A stretch of DNA of 64,000 nt from Cyanobacteria bacterium P01_A01_bin.123 (GTDB lineage: Bacteria > Cyanobacteriota > Cyanobacteriia > Phormidesmidales > Phormidesmidaceae): positions 22,072 to 86,071 of the forward strand of contig JBCBZT010000037.1 of NCBI GenBank assembly GCA_039815185.1. Reading direction: 5' to 3'. A program made the position numbers and the translations under genes. Position 1 is the first letter of the stretch. The number at the start of each line of letters is the position of its first letter. Shown one piece after another: positions 28,881 to 38,293 of this stretch. The notes beneath the pieces are model-generated. The model had not been told where the DNA came from and did not search any database. It worked only from the letters and a program-made list of their open reading frames with translations.

Positions 28881-29874
28881 TTACGGGTGAGACTGTGCTG
28901 ACCTCGCTGCAAAACGGCTACTCAAGCCCAGTTGCTGCTTCAGCGCTTCAGGAACGTTTTGTGCGGTATTAATTCCTTCGACCTGTTGCCAATCAGTCTG
29001 TTCATCCCAAGAAATTTTGTTAAGTCTCGCCTTAGCAAGTCTCGCCCCAAAAAGTCTCGCTCCAAAAAGGTTTGCTCTAGAAAGGTTCGCAGCAGCAAGG
29101 TTAGCCCTATCAAGTCTCGCCCCAGAAAGGTTAGTCCCAACAAGTCTCGCCTCAGTAAGGTTAGCCTCAGAAAGTCTTGCATTAGCAAGTCTCGCCCCAA
29201 AAAGGTTAGCCCCAGAAAGTTTAGTCCCAACAAGTCTCACCTCAGAAAGGTTAGCCCTAGAAAGGTTAGCCCCAACAAGTCTCGCCCCAGAAAGGTTCGT
29301 TCTACAAAGATCCTGAAAGGACAGAATACAATTACCCAAATTCAGATGATTTAAACAGCTAAACGCAACTGGATTTTCAACGCTCACTCGCTGCCCCTGG
29401 AGGGTTTTTAGCCAAGTGCCAAATGCTTCGAGGCTCGGCCAATCGATCGTGGACAATGCCTGACTAACCCCGACACAACTACTGAGGGCTGCGAGTAGCG
29501 CTTCGGAAGCATTGCGAGCCTGTTTCGTTTCCTCGATAAACTTGGGGCGAGGGCTCAACTCTTCCATCGGCATACTGTGGCGCAATAGATAGCCGATCAA
29601 ATCGCATAGGGTTTGTTGCCACTGCCACACTTGCGCTTCAGGCTGTAACTTGACTTCATCTCGCAGAAAGCTGAGTAGATAGTCATCCATCGCCATTGGG
29701 CCACACAAAGATTGCCCAGCGCTTCAGACATTCTTTTTCGTCCCAGCCAATATCGGGATTATCTCGATGCTGGGTCAACTGCTGCTGAATCAGCTTCAGT
29801 TCCAACACCATGCGCCGGGCAGTCAGATACTCTCCAAAACTCTTGTGCGTAAACTCAAACGTGGCTTCGCTGCC
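28881..29874 (-). pseudogene. 5'-truncated, frameshifted NACHT-pentapeptide repeat protein
   Basis: Upstream frame FEFTHKSFGEYLTARR...GWDEKECLKRW shifts (~29710) into the 275 aa ORF ending in A(N/R)LxG pentapeptide repeats. Confidence 0.78.
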
Positions 29875-29954
29875 TTAGATGAGATGAGCCAAAATGCCGA
29901 GCCTCTAAATCTATGCAAAGTTTTTGGGTATAGCCAGTCATCCTTAGTGGGAAG

Positions 29955-30194
29955 TTAAGACTGATGATAAATCTTATCGAGCCAATCCCGCTGTTCTTCA
30001 CTCGGCGGCAGATACGCATAAAACCTAGCCTTAGCGCTATCGCGATAATAAGACGAGTTGCTCTCTAGCTGAGCAAAGACCTGCGGTGGATGCACCATAA
30101 AACGAGCAAAGGCTTTCCAGCCCGTCCGCAGAGACTGCCACAGCGTTCGAGAACGATTGACATGAGTCTGATTGGTGTTGGGTTGATTTTGCAT
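29955..30194 (-). CDS. small hypothetical protein
   Basis: 79 aa ATG ORF downstream of gntR. Confidence 0.5.
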   Translation of the reverse strand: MQNQPNTNQTHVNRSRTLWQSLRTGWKAFARFMVHPPQVFAQLESNSSYYRDSAKARFYAYLPPSEEQRDWLDKIYHQS

Positions 30195-30299
30195 AAACTT
30201 GGCCAGAATCTAAAACGGTATCTTTAGCTACCATTTTAGCCAGCCAGCTTAAATCCTGCTTCCTGTGGGTACTTTTGAGTGGAGTCTAGCGACCTCCCC

Positions 30300-30995
30300 T
30301 CATTCCCCTGGCTGAAAACTCCGAATCTCTTGCACCACCCGTCCCTTACTCGCCAATAAATGAACCCGCACCGCCTCCGTCGCCACCGCCGCATCCCGCT
30401 TAGCGATCGCTTCATAGATTTGACGATGCTCCAACCGAATCTCCAACACGCCTGGATTATGCTGTAGCGTCTGAATCCGGAGCAGCGCCATCGCATCAAA
30501 CAGCTGGTCGAGCAGCGACACCAACCGCTTGTTACCCGAACTTTCAGCAATTAAATGATGAAACTGATAGTCCAAATCCAACCGTTGTAACAGCATCTGT
30601 AATTGAGAATCCTGCGGATCGCGGGCCTCAGCCTGAATCACATACTGCTCTAAACCCTTGAGCTGATCACCACTGGCATGCTCACAAGCCCCCGCCACAG
30701 AAAGCTGTTCTAACGCTAGACGGCAGTCATACAGCTCAGCCGCATCCGCTGCAGATATCGTCGTGACCCGTAACCCCCCATTCGTATCAGCCGTCACCAG
30801 CCCTTCCTTCTGAAGCTGGCGTAAGGCTTCTCGCAAAGGTGTCCGACTCACATTCAGCCACTCAGTCAGTTGAGTTTCAATCAACCGACTCCCTGGCACA
30901 AATTCACCCGTTAAAATGCCGGTGCGCAAAGCCGTGTAAACCTGCTCAGAGAGAGATTTATTACGTCGAATCGGGGGGCGAGAAGATAAAGTCAC
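30300..30995 (-). CDS. GntR family regulator (FadR/VanR subgroup, FCD domain)
   Basis: SLSEQVY..LR..I..G.F.PG.RL.E..L...L.VSRTPLREAL; FCD with FHH, EHRQI, VHL. Confidence 0.95.
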   Translation of the reverse strand: MTLSSRPPIRRNKSLSEQVYTALRTGILTGEFVPGSRLIETQLTEWLNVSRTPLREALRQLQKEGLVTADTNGGLRVTTISAADAAELYDCRLALEQLSVAGACEHASGDQLKGLEQYVIQAEARDPQDSQLQMLLQRLDLDYQFHHLIAESSGNKRLVSLLDQLFDAMALLRIQTLQHNPGVLEIRLEHRQIYEAIAKRDAAVATEAVRVHLLASKGRVVQEIRSFQPGE

Positions 30996-31183
30996 AAACG
31001 ATTACTGGGGTTAAATGGCAGGTCAGACGAACGCTTCTGTTTGGGTTCAGTAGGGCTACGAATCGCCACGGCAAAAGGGGCTGACAGTCAAACTTTCGCG
31101 CTCGAAAATCTAACATCCAAAATTGGCATCACAAAATTGGTATCAGCAGTTGGATCCGCAAAGACGTATTATCATTCTAATCG

Positions 31184-31198
31184 TGTATACCGTATACA
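31184..31198. promoter_or_regulatory. putative GntR operator between divergent gntR and the SH3 operon
   Basis: TGTATAC-CGTATAC-A, preceded by -10-like TATTAT/CATTCT. Confidence 0.65.
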
Positions 31199-31265
31199 CA
31201 GCAACTCATACTGTAATCAGGGCGACTGCCTGACTTAGGCCAGCCCAGATACACTGCCAGTCAAT

Positions 31266-31778
31266 ATGACACATAGACTCCCTATGGTGATTAACAGGCG
31301 ATTATTGAGCGTTGTGGCGCTGGCGGCGATCGCACTCATGACGCTAGTCTCTTACCCCACAGCAAGCTGGGCCGCCGACTATCAAGGCAATCAGGCTATC
31401 AATCAGCCCGCGAGACTCGTGTCCCCCGAGCCGGAGACTGAAATTGCCATCTATCCCAAGCCAGAGCCGCGCCAACGTCGCATTGGGTATGGCATCGGCG
31501 GCGATCGTGTCACGGTTTTAGAGCAGGTAGGCAGCAATCAAGGCACCACCTGGAACCACATTCGTTTCGATGCGCCCCCCTACGCCGAGGGCTGGGTGCA
31601 GGAAGAATTTGTATCGTTTCAAGCGGCAGATTCAGCTAATCCAGGTCAGCAGGTCGCGAATCCCACGGCTAATCGGGGCGATCGTTATTTAGGCGATCGC
31701 CAATCGTCATCCGACAGCCAGGGACGCGCTCAACCCTATTCGCAGCAAGATCAAAATCAAAATCAAAACCAGTACTAA
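31266..31778 (+). CDS. exported SH3-like domain protein with Gln/Asn-rich tail
   Basis: Signal peptide ending SWA; GDRVTVLEQ...WNHIRF...EGWV pattern of bacterial SH3. Confidence 0.8.
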   Translation: MTHRLPMVINRRLLSVVALAAIALMTLVSYPTASWAADYQGNQAINQPARLVSPEPETEIAIYPKPEPRQRRIGYGIGGDRVTVLEQVGSNQGTTWNHIRFDAPPYAEGWVQEEFVSFQAADSANPGQQVANPTANRGDRYLGDRQSSSDSQGRAQPYSQQDQNQNQNQY

Positions 31779-32455
31779 TGGCTGACACCGACGTGAGTTC
31801 GCTGGCTGGTGCCAGCCTGGTGGTAGAACATACCGTCCCCAGCGGCAAGGGGCTGGCCTTTCGGTGGTGGCACTCAAAAGTGACGCGAACCGCCAGACGC
31901 TTCAAGGGCTACATCCGCACTGACCTATATTCCCCCGTCAAAGGCTCACAGTCCGATCAGCCGTTGAAGTGGTATTCCATCATCCACTTTGACTCCCCCA
32001 ACCAGCTCAACCAATGGCTCAAATCGCGCGATCGCGAGGCATTAATCGAAGCTGGGCGCAAAATTTTTGCTTCCTACCAGTTCATGTCCTTTTCCACAGG
32101 GCTCGAAGGCTGGTTTTCCCGCAAGACCGGCACAGAACAGATGGGCTTCGGCCCGCCCGCCTGGAAGCAAAACGCAGCGGTTGTGCTGGGCTTATATCCT
32201 ACCGTCATGATTCAGTCGGCGCTTTTTGCGGCCTTGGGTCTGATGCAATCTTGGTCGCTGCCCAATGCCATGATTGTGAATAACATCATCACCTCATCCC
32301 TGTTGACCTGGGCCGTCATGCCCCTGGTCACACGGCTGCTGGGCTTTTGGCTCCAACCCGCCCATCAACCCACTTCTTGGAAAACCGATGCGCTGGGAAC
32401 TGGCATCATTGTCGCCGCCCTGGGCCTGATGGTGCTGGTCTTTAATGGGTTTTAG
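31778..32455 (+). CDS. antibiotic biosynthesis monooxygenase (ABM)-like domain + membrane domain protein
   Basis: FKGY..., IIHFDS...L..W..S..R, TGLEGWF, PPAWKQ..VLGLYP; TAATG coupling to the upstream gene. Confidence 0.8.
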   Translation: MADTDVSSLAGASLVVEHTVPSGKGLAFRWWHSKVTRTARRFKGYIRTDLYSPVKGSQSDQPLKWYSIIHFDSPNQLNQWLKSRDREALIEAGRKIFASYQFMSFSTGLEGWFSRKTGTEQMGFGPPAWKQNAAVVLGLYPTVMIQSALFAALGLMQSWSLPNAMIVNNIITSSLLTWAVMPLVTRLLGFWLQPAHQPTSWKTDALGTGIIVAALGLMVLVFNGF

Positions 32456-32460
32456 GCTAG

Positions 32461-34074
32461 ATGAGTAGGCACAGGAGCAGCATCTACAAATTTTGGGGGC
32501 AATTACAGTTCACGATCTGGGATAGGTTGCAATCAATCCTCAAAATTAGCCTATGGGGATTTATGGGTGGGGTTATTCTCGGCTGGTTTTGCGTTGGGGG
32601 GCTGGATGCGATCGCGGGAAGCAACCCTCCAATTACAGCAAACAGTCCTCCCATTACAGAAAGCCGCCCTCCGCAACCATCCCTCAAACAGATTCGGGTC
32701 ACAACCCTAGCCGATAAAGGGATGGGATCGCTGCGTTGGGCGATCGCCCAAGCCAATGCAGCCCCCGATGATGATTTGATTGATTTAAGCAGCGTTCAAG
32801 GGGCAATCGCCCTGCAAAGTCCCCTACCTACGATTACCAGCAACCTGACGCTGGTCGGCAATGGCCACACGACCATTAGCGGCAATAAACGCCATCGCGT
32901 CCTACAAATCAAGGGGGGGGATGTCACGATTCGCGACCTCACCCTGGCGGACGGCCTCGCCCAAGGCACCGATGGAATTGACGGCGCAGGGGGCAGTGCA
33001 GGCATGGGCGGCGGCCTATTGATTAATCAGGGGGCAGTGCGCCTGAGTCGCGTCAAGTTTGTCGACAACCAGGCCATTGGCGGTAGCGGTAGCCCGCATA
33101 TCCCGCCTGCCCACCGTCAGATTTCCCAAGTCCAGATTCCCCAGGTTCAGATTCAAAATCACGACGACCGCTTGACGGTGAATCGAGGGGCAATTCTTGA
33201 TGTTGATGGCATCAGTCTCTCCCTAGCAGAGACGCTAGACAGTCTTCCCCTGACTGCGGAAATCAGCCGTACTAAGGAAAAAATTGACGCCAATCGCGGC
33301 GCGATCGCAGGGGTTAGCGGCATCGGCATCAACGGCATTGGCAGCATTGCCTTTGGCGGTGGGGGCGGTTTTGGCGGCTTTGGCAATGCGGGCAATGGCG
33401 GCAACGGCGGCAATGGCGGAACAGATAGCGGCAACGGCGGCAACGGCGGCGATGGGGGCAACGGCGGCGTCGGCATTTTTGGCAGCTTTGCCCGCTGGGA
33501 AGATCAAGGCAGCATCGGCACAATCGTCTTTGGTGGTGGGGGCGGCTTTGGCGGCTTCGGGAATGCAGGCAACGGGGGCAATGGCGGCAATGCTACGGTC
33601 GCGATCGCCAATGGCGGCAATGGCGGCAATGGCGGCAATGGCGGCTTCGGGGGCGGCGGGGGCGCTGGGGGCTTTGGCGGCAGGGGGGGCAGTTACAGCG
33701 GTGATGCAGGCCAGCCGGGTCAACCGGGGTCTGGGGGCTTTGGCGGTGGGGATGGCGGCATGGGCTTTGGCGGCAGCGGCGGGGGCTTTGGCGGGGCAAT
33801 CTTGATCCGCTCAGGTCACCTCGTTTTGAATCAGGTGCAGTTTATTCGCAATGCCGCGATCGCTGGACCAGGCCCCTCGCCAGGTCAGGGAAAAGGCGGC
33901 GCTATTTTCATTACGCCAAGCCCGATAGCAGATCATCCACCCAGCGTTCTCGCACTGGGCAACCCAATAGCGTTCATCGATAACGTAGCATCCGACGCAG
34001 CTGGGCTACCGACCGATAACGATGATATCTATGGTGCGCTTGCTTCGACGGGAAGGCTTCGCCAGCAGCAATAG
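32461..34074 (+). CDS. exported Gly-rich (PGRS-like GGX) surface protein
   Basis: VTTLAD.G.GSLR.AI..AN N-terminal motif, GMGGGL, N.A.GG beta-helix motifs, GGN/GGF repeats. Confidence 0.8.
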   Translation: MSRHRSSIYKFWGQLQFTIWDRLQSILKISLWGFMGGVILGWFCVGGLDAIAGSNPPITANSPPITESRPPQPSLKQIRVTTLADKGMGSLRWAIAQANAAPDDDLIDLSSVQGAIALQSPLPTITSNLTLVGNGHTTISGNKRHRVLQIKGGDVTIRDLTLADGLAQGTDGIDGAGGSAGMGGGLLINQGAVRLSRVKFVDNQAIGGSGSPHIPPAHRQISQVQIPQVQIQNHDDRLTVNRGAILDVDGISLSLAETLDSLPLTAEISRTKEKIDANRGAIAGVSGIGINGIGSIAFGGGGGFGGFGNAGNGGNGGNGGTDSGNGGNGGDGGNGGVGIFGSFARWEDQGSIGTIVFGGGGGFGGFGNAGNGGNGGNATVAIANGGNGGNGGNGGFGGGGGAGGFGGRGGSYSGDAGQPGQPGSGGFGGGDGGMGFGGSGGGFGGAILIRSGHLVLNQVQFIRNAAIAGPGPSPGQGKGGAIFITPSPIADHPPSVLALGNPIAFIDNVASDAAGLPTDNDDIYGALASTGRLRQQQ

Positions 34075-34460
34075 GCACTGTCTCGGAACCAATTCTGGCG
34101 AGATAACAACACTACCTCAGGGCAACAGGCGAGCTTCAACTTGTGAAAAATTCTGATACTACACAAATAAATTTTGTAGTATATACTAAGGAATGGATTA
34201 AAAATTTTCTAGTTTCATAGTTGTGTTCCCCCGCGATCGCATCTTGATTCATAACCGCGATGGTCAAAAATCGGCCTTCAGAAACCATCGCCGCCTGTAG
34301 ACCTGACAAGTTTGACCTTAGTCCCAACCCATTCAAATCAGCGGCATAGCTCTAACTGTGCCGCTTTGTTTGGGTTGCCATATTGCTACCCTAGCCCGGC
34401 AACTCAGTGACGCTAGGTGCTTTAAGCAATGTGGTCAGCACTGTATCTACTGAACGCATC

Positions 34461-36278
34461 ATGGCTCAGTTTAAAGACATTATTCGGTATTACAAAAAAT
34501 ACAGGGCGATCTCGCTCTTTAGCATTGCTGCTAGCAGCAGCTTTGAACTGATCGACTTAGTGGTGCCCTATGCCATTGGTCAAATTCTTAACGTCCTTTC
34601 TCGCCAACCCATTGATCCCCTCAGTCAGGGAGTCGTCAATCAGGTCTCTGCCCTGACCGGACTGCCTGCCGATCAATCCTTATCCCTGGGCGTACTGCTC
34701 AGCTTTATCTTTGCCGTGACCGTGGTACGCGCGCCCATTGAACCCTGGCTCGGGGTCTGGTTTCACTGGGATATCGCCCTACGCGCCCGCCGCGACCATG
34801 CTCGGCAGGTGATCAAACAGCTGCTGACTTTGCCCCTGGAATACTACGACGAAAATAACCCAGGCCGCATCGCGGGACGGGTTGCGCGGGGGCTCTCCAA
34901 CCACACCTGGACTTACCCCGAAATTGCCGGGCAGCTTTTGCCCAAAATGGTGCGGGTGGCTGGCATCTTTTGCATCATCTTCTTAATCGCCTGGCCCATT
35001 GCCCTGCTGTTTTTGCTGTCGTTTGTGGTGATTTTGGCCTATAGCCTACGCGGCCTTAAGCGGTTGATTGTCAAAGAAGAGCGGCTCGATCGCTATATGG
35101 AAAATACCGAAAGCCGCACGTCCGAAATCGTCACCAACATCAAAACGGTGAAAGCGTTTGCCGCCGAAGAGGCCGAACTCAAACGCCAAAGTCAGCGGCT
35201 TGAGCGAGAGCTGACAGTCGTGGAGCAAGTCATCCATCGGGGCTATGTGATGCTGCTCGCCTGGCAAGAGCTGGTGATTCAAAGCTGTGTGTTTGGGGTG
35301 TTGGGGTTAACCCTATGGGCTACCCTACGGGGCGACATTTCCCTGGGTCATTTTGTCACCACGTTAACGGTTTCCAGCATGGCTTATGCCGAGCTAGAAC
35401 CAATTAGCAACCTGGCTGAGATTTTTGCCCGCCGCTATGCGTCGATGCTGCGTTTCCATGAGTTTATGGAACTGCCTCGGGGGGCAGATGCCGTCGTGTT
35501 AAGCGATGCGCCGGATGCAGTTCCCCAATACCAGTTCACGGGGAAGGTGCATTTCAGCCATCTCACCTTTGGCTACGACGTCGAACGTCCGGTCTTGAAA
35601 GACATTGATCTGTTGATTGAACCGCGCCAAACCGTGGCCTTAGTTGGTCGTTCAGGGTCGGGTAAGTCCACGCTGATTAAGCTGCTGTTTCGCTATTTTG
35701 AACCCCAGCAAGGGGCGATTTTGCTCGATGGCGAAGATATTCGGCGCTTGGATGTGGCGGGTTATCGGCAGCGGTTAGCCATCGTTCACCAAGATGTGGA
35801 TATCTTCAACGGCACCCTGCTCGATAACCTGGCCTACGGTAATCCTAAGGTGACCATGGCCGAGGTGGAATCAGCCTGCGCGATCGCCCGCGTAGATGAG
35901 TTCATTCACCTGATGCCCCAGGGTTATTTCACCGTGGTGGGCGAACGAGGCGTACGCCTGTCTGGCGGCCAGCGTCAGCGGTTGGGCATTGCCCGGGCGT
36001 TGCTGGTTAACCCCGATGTGCTGGTGTTTGACGAAGCCACGTCTAGTTTGGATTACGAATCGGAACGGTCGATTCAACTGGCAATGAAAAACATCTTGGG
36101 CACTCGCACGATGTTGATCATCGCCCACCGACTCAGCACCGTCCGCGAAGCCGACAAAATTGTTGTGCTGGATCAAGGGCGAATTTTAGAAGTGGGGGAT
36201 CACCATCAACTGTTGGAACATGGCGGCTTATATGCTCGCTTACACCAGTTACAGTCCACCGGGGATTTATTGAGCTGA
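34461..36278 (+). CDS. ABC exporter, fused permease/ATPase
   Basis: TM domain plus GRSGSGKST, LSGGQRQR, VFDEATSSLD, IAHRLST. Confidence 0.94.
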   Translation: MAQFKDIIRYYKKYRAISLFSIAASSSFELIDLVVPYAIGQILNVLSRQPIDPLSQGVVNQVSALTGLPADQSLSLGVLLSFIFAVTVVRAPIEPWLGVWFHWDIALRARRDHARQVIKQLLTLPLEYYDENNPGRIAGRVARGLSNHTWTYPEIAGQLLPKMVRVAGIFCIIFLIAWPIALLFLLSFVVILAYSLRGLKRLIVKEERLDRYMENTESRTSEIVTNIKTVKAFAAEEAELKRQSQRLERELTVVEQVIHRGYVMLLAWQELVIQSCVFGVLGLTLWATLRGDISLGHFVTTLTVSSMAYAELEPISNLAEIFARRYASMLRFHEFMELPRGADAVVLSDAPDAVPQYQFTGKVHFSHLTFGYDVERPVLKDIDLLIEPRQTVALVGRSGSGKSTLIKLLFRYFEPQQGAILLDGEDIRRLDVAGYRQRLAIVHQDVDIFNGTLLDNLAYGNPKVTMAEVESACAIARVDEFIHLMPQGYFTVVGERGVRLSGGQRQRLGIARALLVNPDVLVFDEATSSLDYESERSIQLAMKNILGTRTMLIIAHRLSTVREADKIVVLDQGRILEVGDHHQLLEHGGLYARLHQLQSTGDLLS

Positions 36279-36314
36279 TCAGCATTAATGTTTGTTCACT
36301 GTTAAGGTCGTGCA

Positions 36315-36352
36315 ATATCTTCAGTGTGTCCCTGGGGATACACTGAAGATAT
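36315..36352. terminator. long hairpin downstream of the ABC exporter
   Basis: ATATCTTCAGTGTGTCCC / GGGATACACTGAAGATAT. Confidence 0.6.
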
Positions 36353-36391
36353 GATCAAAATCAGCCATGCCTAGAAAACCTTTAGGCCAAT

Positions 36392-36638
36392 ATGAACGAT
36401 TACAGATTGTTAGTTAAGGCTATGGACGTTGACATCATTACGAATGTAAAGCATGGAAAAAATATTTTTTAGCTATAAACTTTTTTTTAAGGCATCAATT
36501 CTAAGCCACACAAGAATTGATGGCCACCCGGTTGTAGAACGCAAAGCAACCTACGTGTTCAAAAAAGATGCTGCTAATGCCTGGGTTTGTGCTATTGATA
36601 ACTCCTATGGCCATGACTTGCTTGAAGCGAGTGTTTAA
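36392..36638 (+). pseudogene. remnant of a YybH/DUF4440 (SnoaL-like) protein
   Basis: C-terminal ERKATYVFKK....W.C.IDNSYG.DL motif retained; middle missing and frame broken. Confidence 0.6.
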
Positions 36639-37099
36639 AGCTTTTTAGTCATAAAGACGCTGTTCGGATCGTCGATATAGTCAGCAAAGGGATTGCAATA
36701 CTCAAATCCATACCGACTGTACAACGCTCGTGCCGGGGCAAATTCAGCCATGGCCCCGGTCTCCAAATTTAGACATGTGTAAGTACGCTGCTGGGCTGCT
36801 TGAATAATGTGCTCAAGCACCTGAGAACCAATGCCCTTACCCCGATATGCCCTAGCAGTCCGCATTGATTTAATTTCACCCGTGCTGACATCCAGTTCTT
36901 TAAGGGCACCGCATCCCAATAGTTGATCGCCTTGCCAAACTGACCAAAAGGTAATTTGGGGCGATCGCAGCCCTTCTAAATCAAGGGCATGGACACTTTC
37001 AGGGGGCGTGATCTCATGCATTTCATCGAGATGTTCCTGAAGCAATGCAATGATCTTTTGACCCGTCAAATCATCTTCGCGAATCTGCAATTGATTCAT
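36635..37099 (-). CDS. GNAT N-acetyltransferase (YsnE/YedL-like)
   Basis: PPESVHALD, GEIKSMRT, RGKGIG, LETG, FADY..DPNSVFM. Confidence 0.92.
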   Translation of the reverse strand: MNQLQIREDDLTGQKIIALLQEHLDEMHEITPPESVHALDLEGLRSPQITFWSVWQGDQLLGCGALKELDVSTGEIKSMRTARAYRGKGIGSQVLEHIIQAAQQRTYTCLNLETGAMAEFAPARALYSRYGFEYCNPFADYIDDPNSVFMTKKL

Positions 37100-37192
37100 C
37101 CCCTTAACGCTCTGAAGAAAGTCTATAGAGAACGCGATCGCGTCACTGTACTCACCCCTACAACCCATCAGGACAGTTGCCCTGACGCTTGA

Positions 37193-38113
37193 TCACGCCA
37201 CTACCGTCAACCAATCAGCATAGTTGGGGTTGCGTCCGGCTGTGATCGTATCGAACACTTGCCGCAATTGTTCAGTCAAAGGGCGTTCTGAGGGCAGTGG
37301 GTAGTTTTCAATGCGTTTGATTGAGGCGATCTTGGCTGCTGTTCCGGTCAAGAAGACTTCGTCAGCGATGAACAGTTCCGACTTGTCTACCTCCCGCTCT
37401 ACTACTGTGATCCCCAAAGCGCGAGCCAGGCTCATAACGCTGTCACGGGTGATGCCTTCTAGGTTATCTTGCTCCACCGTGGGGGTAATCAGCGTACCGT
37501 TGCGCACAATAAATAAATTACTACCGGAGCCTTCGCTCACCTTGCCCCGCGATGTTAGCAAAATGGCTTCATCAAACCCCGAGTGAACAGCTTCGGTTTT
37601 AGCTAATGAAGACGTAATGTAGGAGGCGCTGAGCTTACCCCGCAGCGGCATAGCCCGATCTTCTTGTCGAGTCCACGAGCTGATGCGACAGGTAATCCCA
37701 TCCGGAGGGAGATAGTCACCCAGTTCAATACCGTAGACCAAAAACGACTTTTCAATGTCGTGGAGTCGTGGTGAAATGCCTAAATCTGAGGTGTAAACCA
37801 GGGGACGTAGATAGGCCGAGGTCTGAATCGGATTCTGCCGCACAGTCTCTAGCAAAATTGAGGCAATTTTATCAGCAGGCAAATCAAAGTGCAGAAATCT
37901 GGCGCTGTGGCTGAGCCGTTGGCAGTGGCGATCGAGTCGAAATAAGGCAAATTTGCCCGGTTGGTCAGGCAAGGCATAGATGCGCAGTCCCCCTAAAGCT
38001 GCAGTGCCATAGTGCAGCGCATGGGTGGCAATAGAGAGATTTGCCTGCTCAAAGGGCACGAATTGATTTTGAAAATAGGCAATGGGAAGAAATTGATAGG
38101 AAGCCACAGCCAA
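37193..38113 (-). CDS. ilvE: branched-chain amino acid aminotransferase (class IV PLP)
   Basis: THALHYGT, YLRPLVY, EGSGSNLF, LEGITR, ADEVFLTGTAA. Confidence 0.92.
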   Translation of the reverse strand: MAVASYQFLPIAYFQNQFVPFEQANLSIATHALHYGTAALGGLRIYALPDQPGKFALFRLDRHCQRLSHSARFLHFDLPADKIASILLETVRQNPIQTSAYLRPLVYTSDLGISPRLHDIEKSFLVYGIELGDYLPPDGITCRISSWTRQEDRAMPLRGKLSASYITSSLAKTEAVHSGFDEAILLTSRGKVSEGSGSNLFIVRNGTLITPTVEQDNLEGITRDSVMSLARALGITVVEREVDKSELFIADEVFLTGTAAKIASIKRIENYPLPSERPLTEQLRQVFDTITAGRNPNYADWLTVVA

Positions 38114-38293
38114 AAATCCAAAAACTAAGGTTTTCTATTATCCCTGAGCATAGCCAAGAACGCTGTCACGAACCCGGCACAATTTAGTGAAAGTTATGTA
38201 GCACAGTCTCATGAAGCGGGTGCGATTAAACCAGCGGCTTGGATAGCTTGCCATACACGAGTAGTGAAGTCACAGTGCAAGACCAACTCACGG

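Noticed and set aside
28932..29354. Several overlapping ORFs (SR/K-rich, L-rich) and 15-bp periodic DNA repeats
   Set aside because: Shadow frames of the pentapeptide-repeat coding sequence; there are no unique spacers, so it is not a CRISPR array
33159..33805. Pro-, Ala- and Cys/Arg-rich ORFs in alternative frames
   Set aside because: Artefacts of GGC-rich codons in the Gly-rich gene
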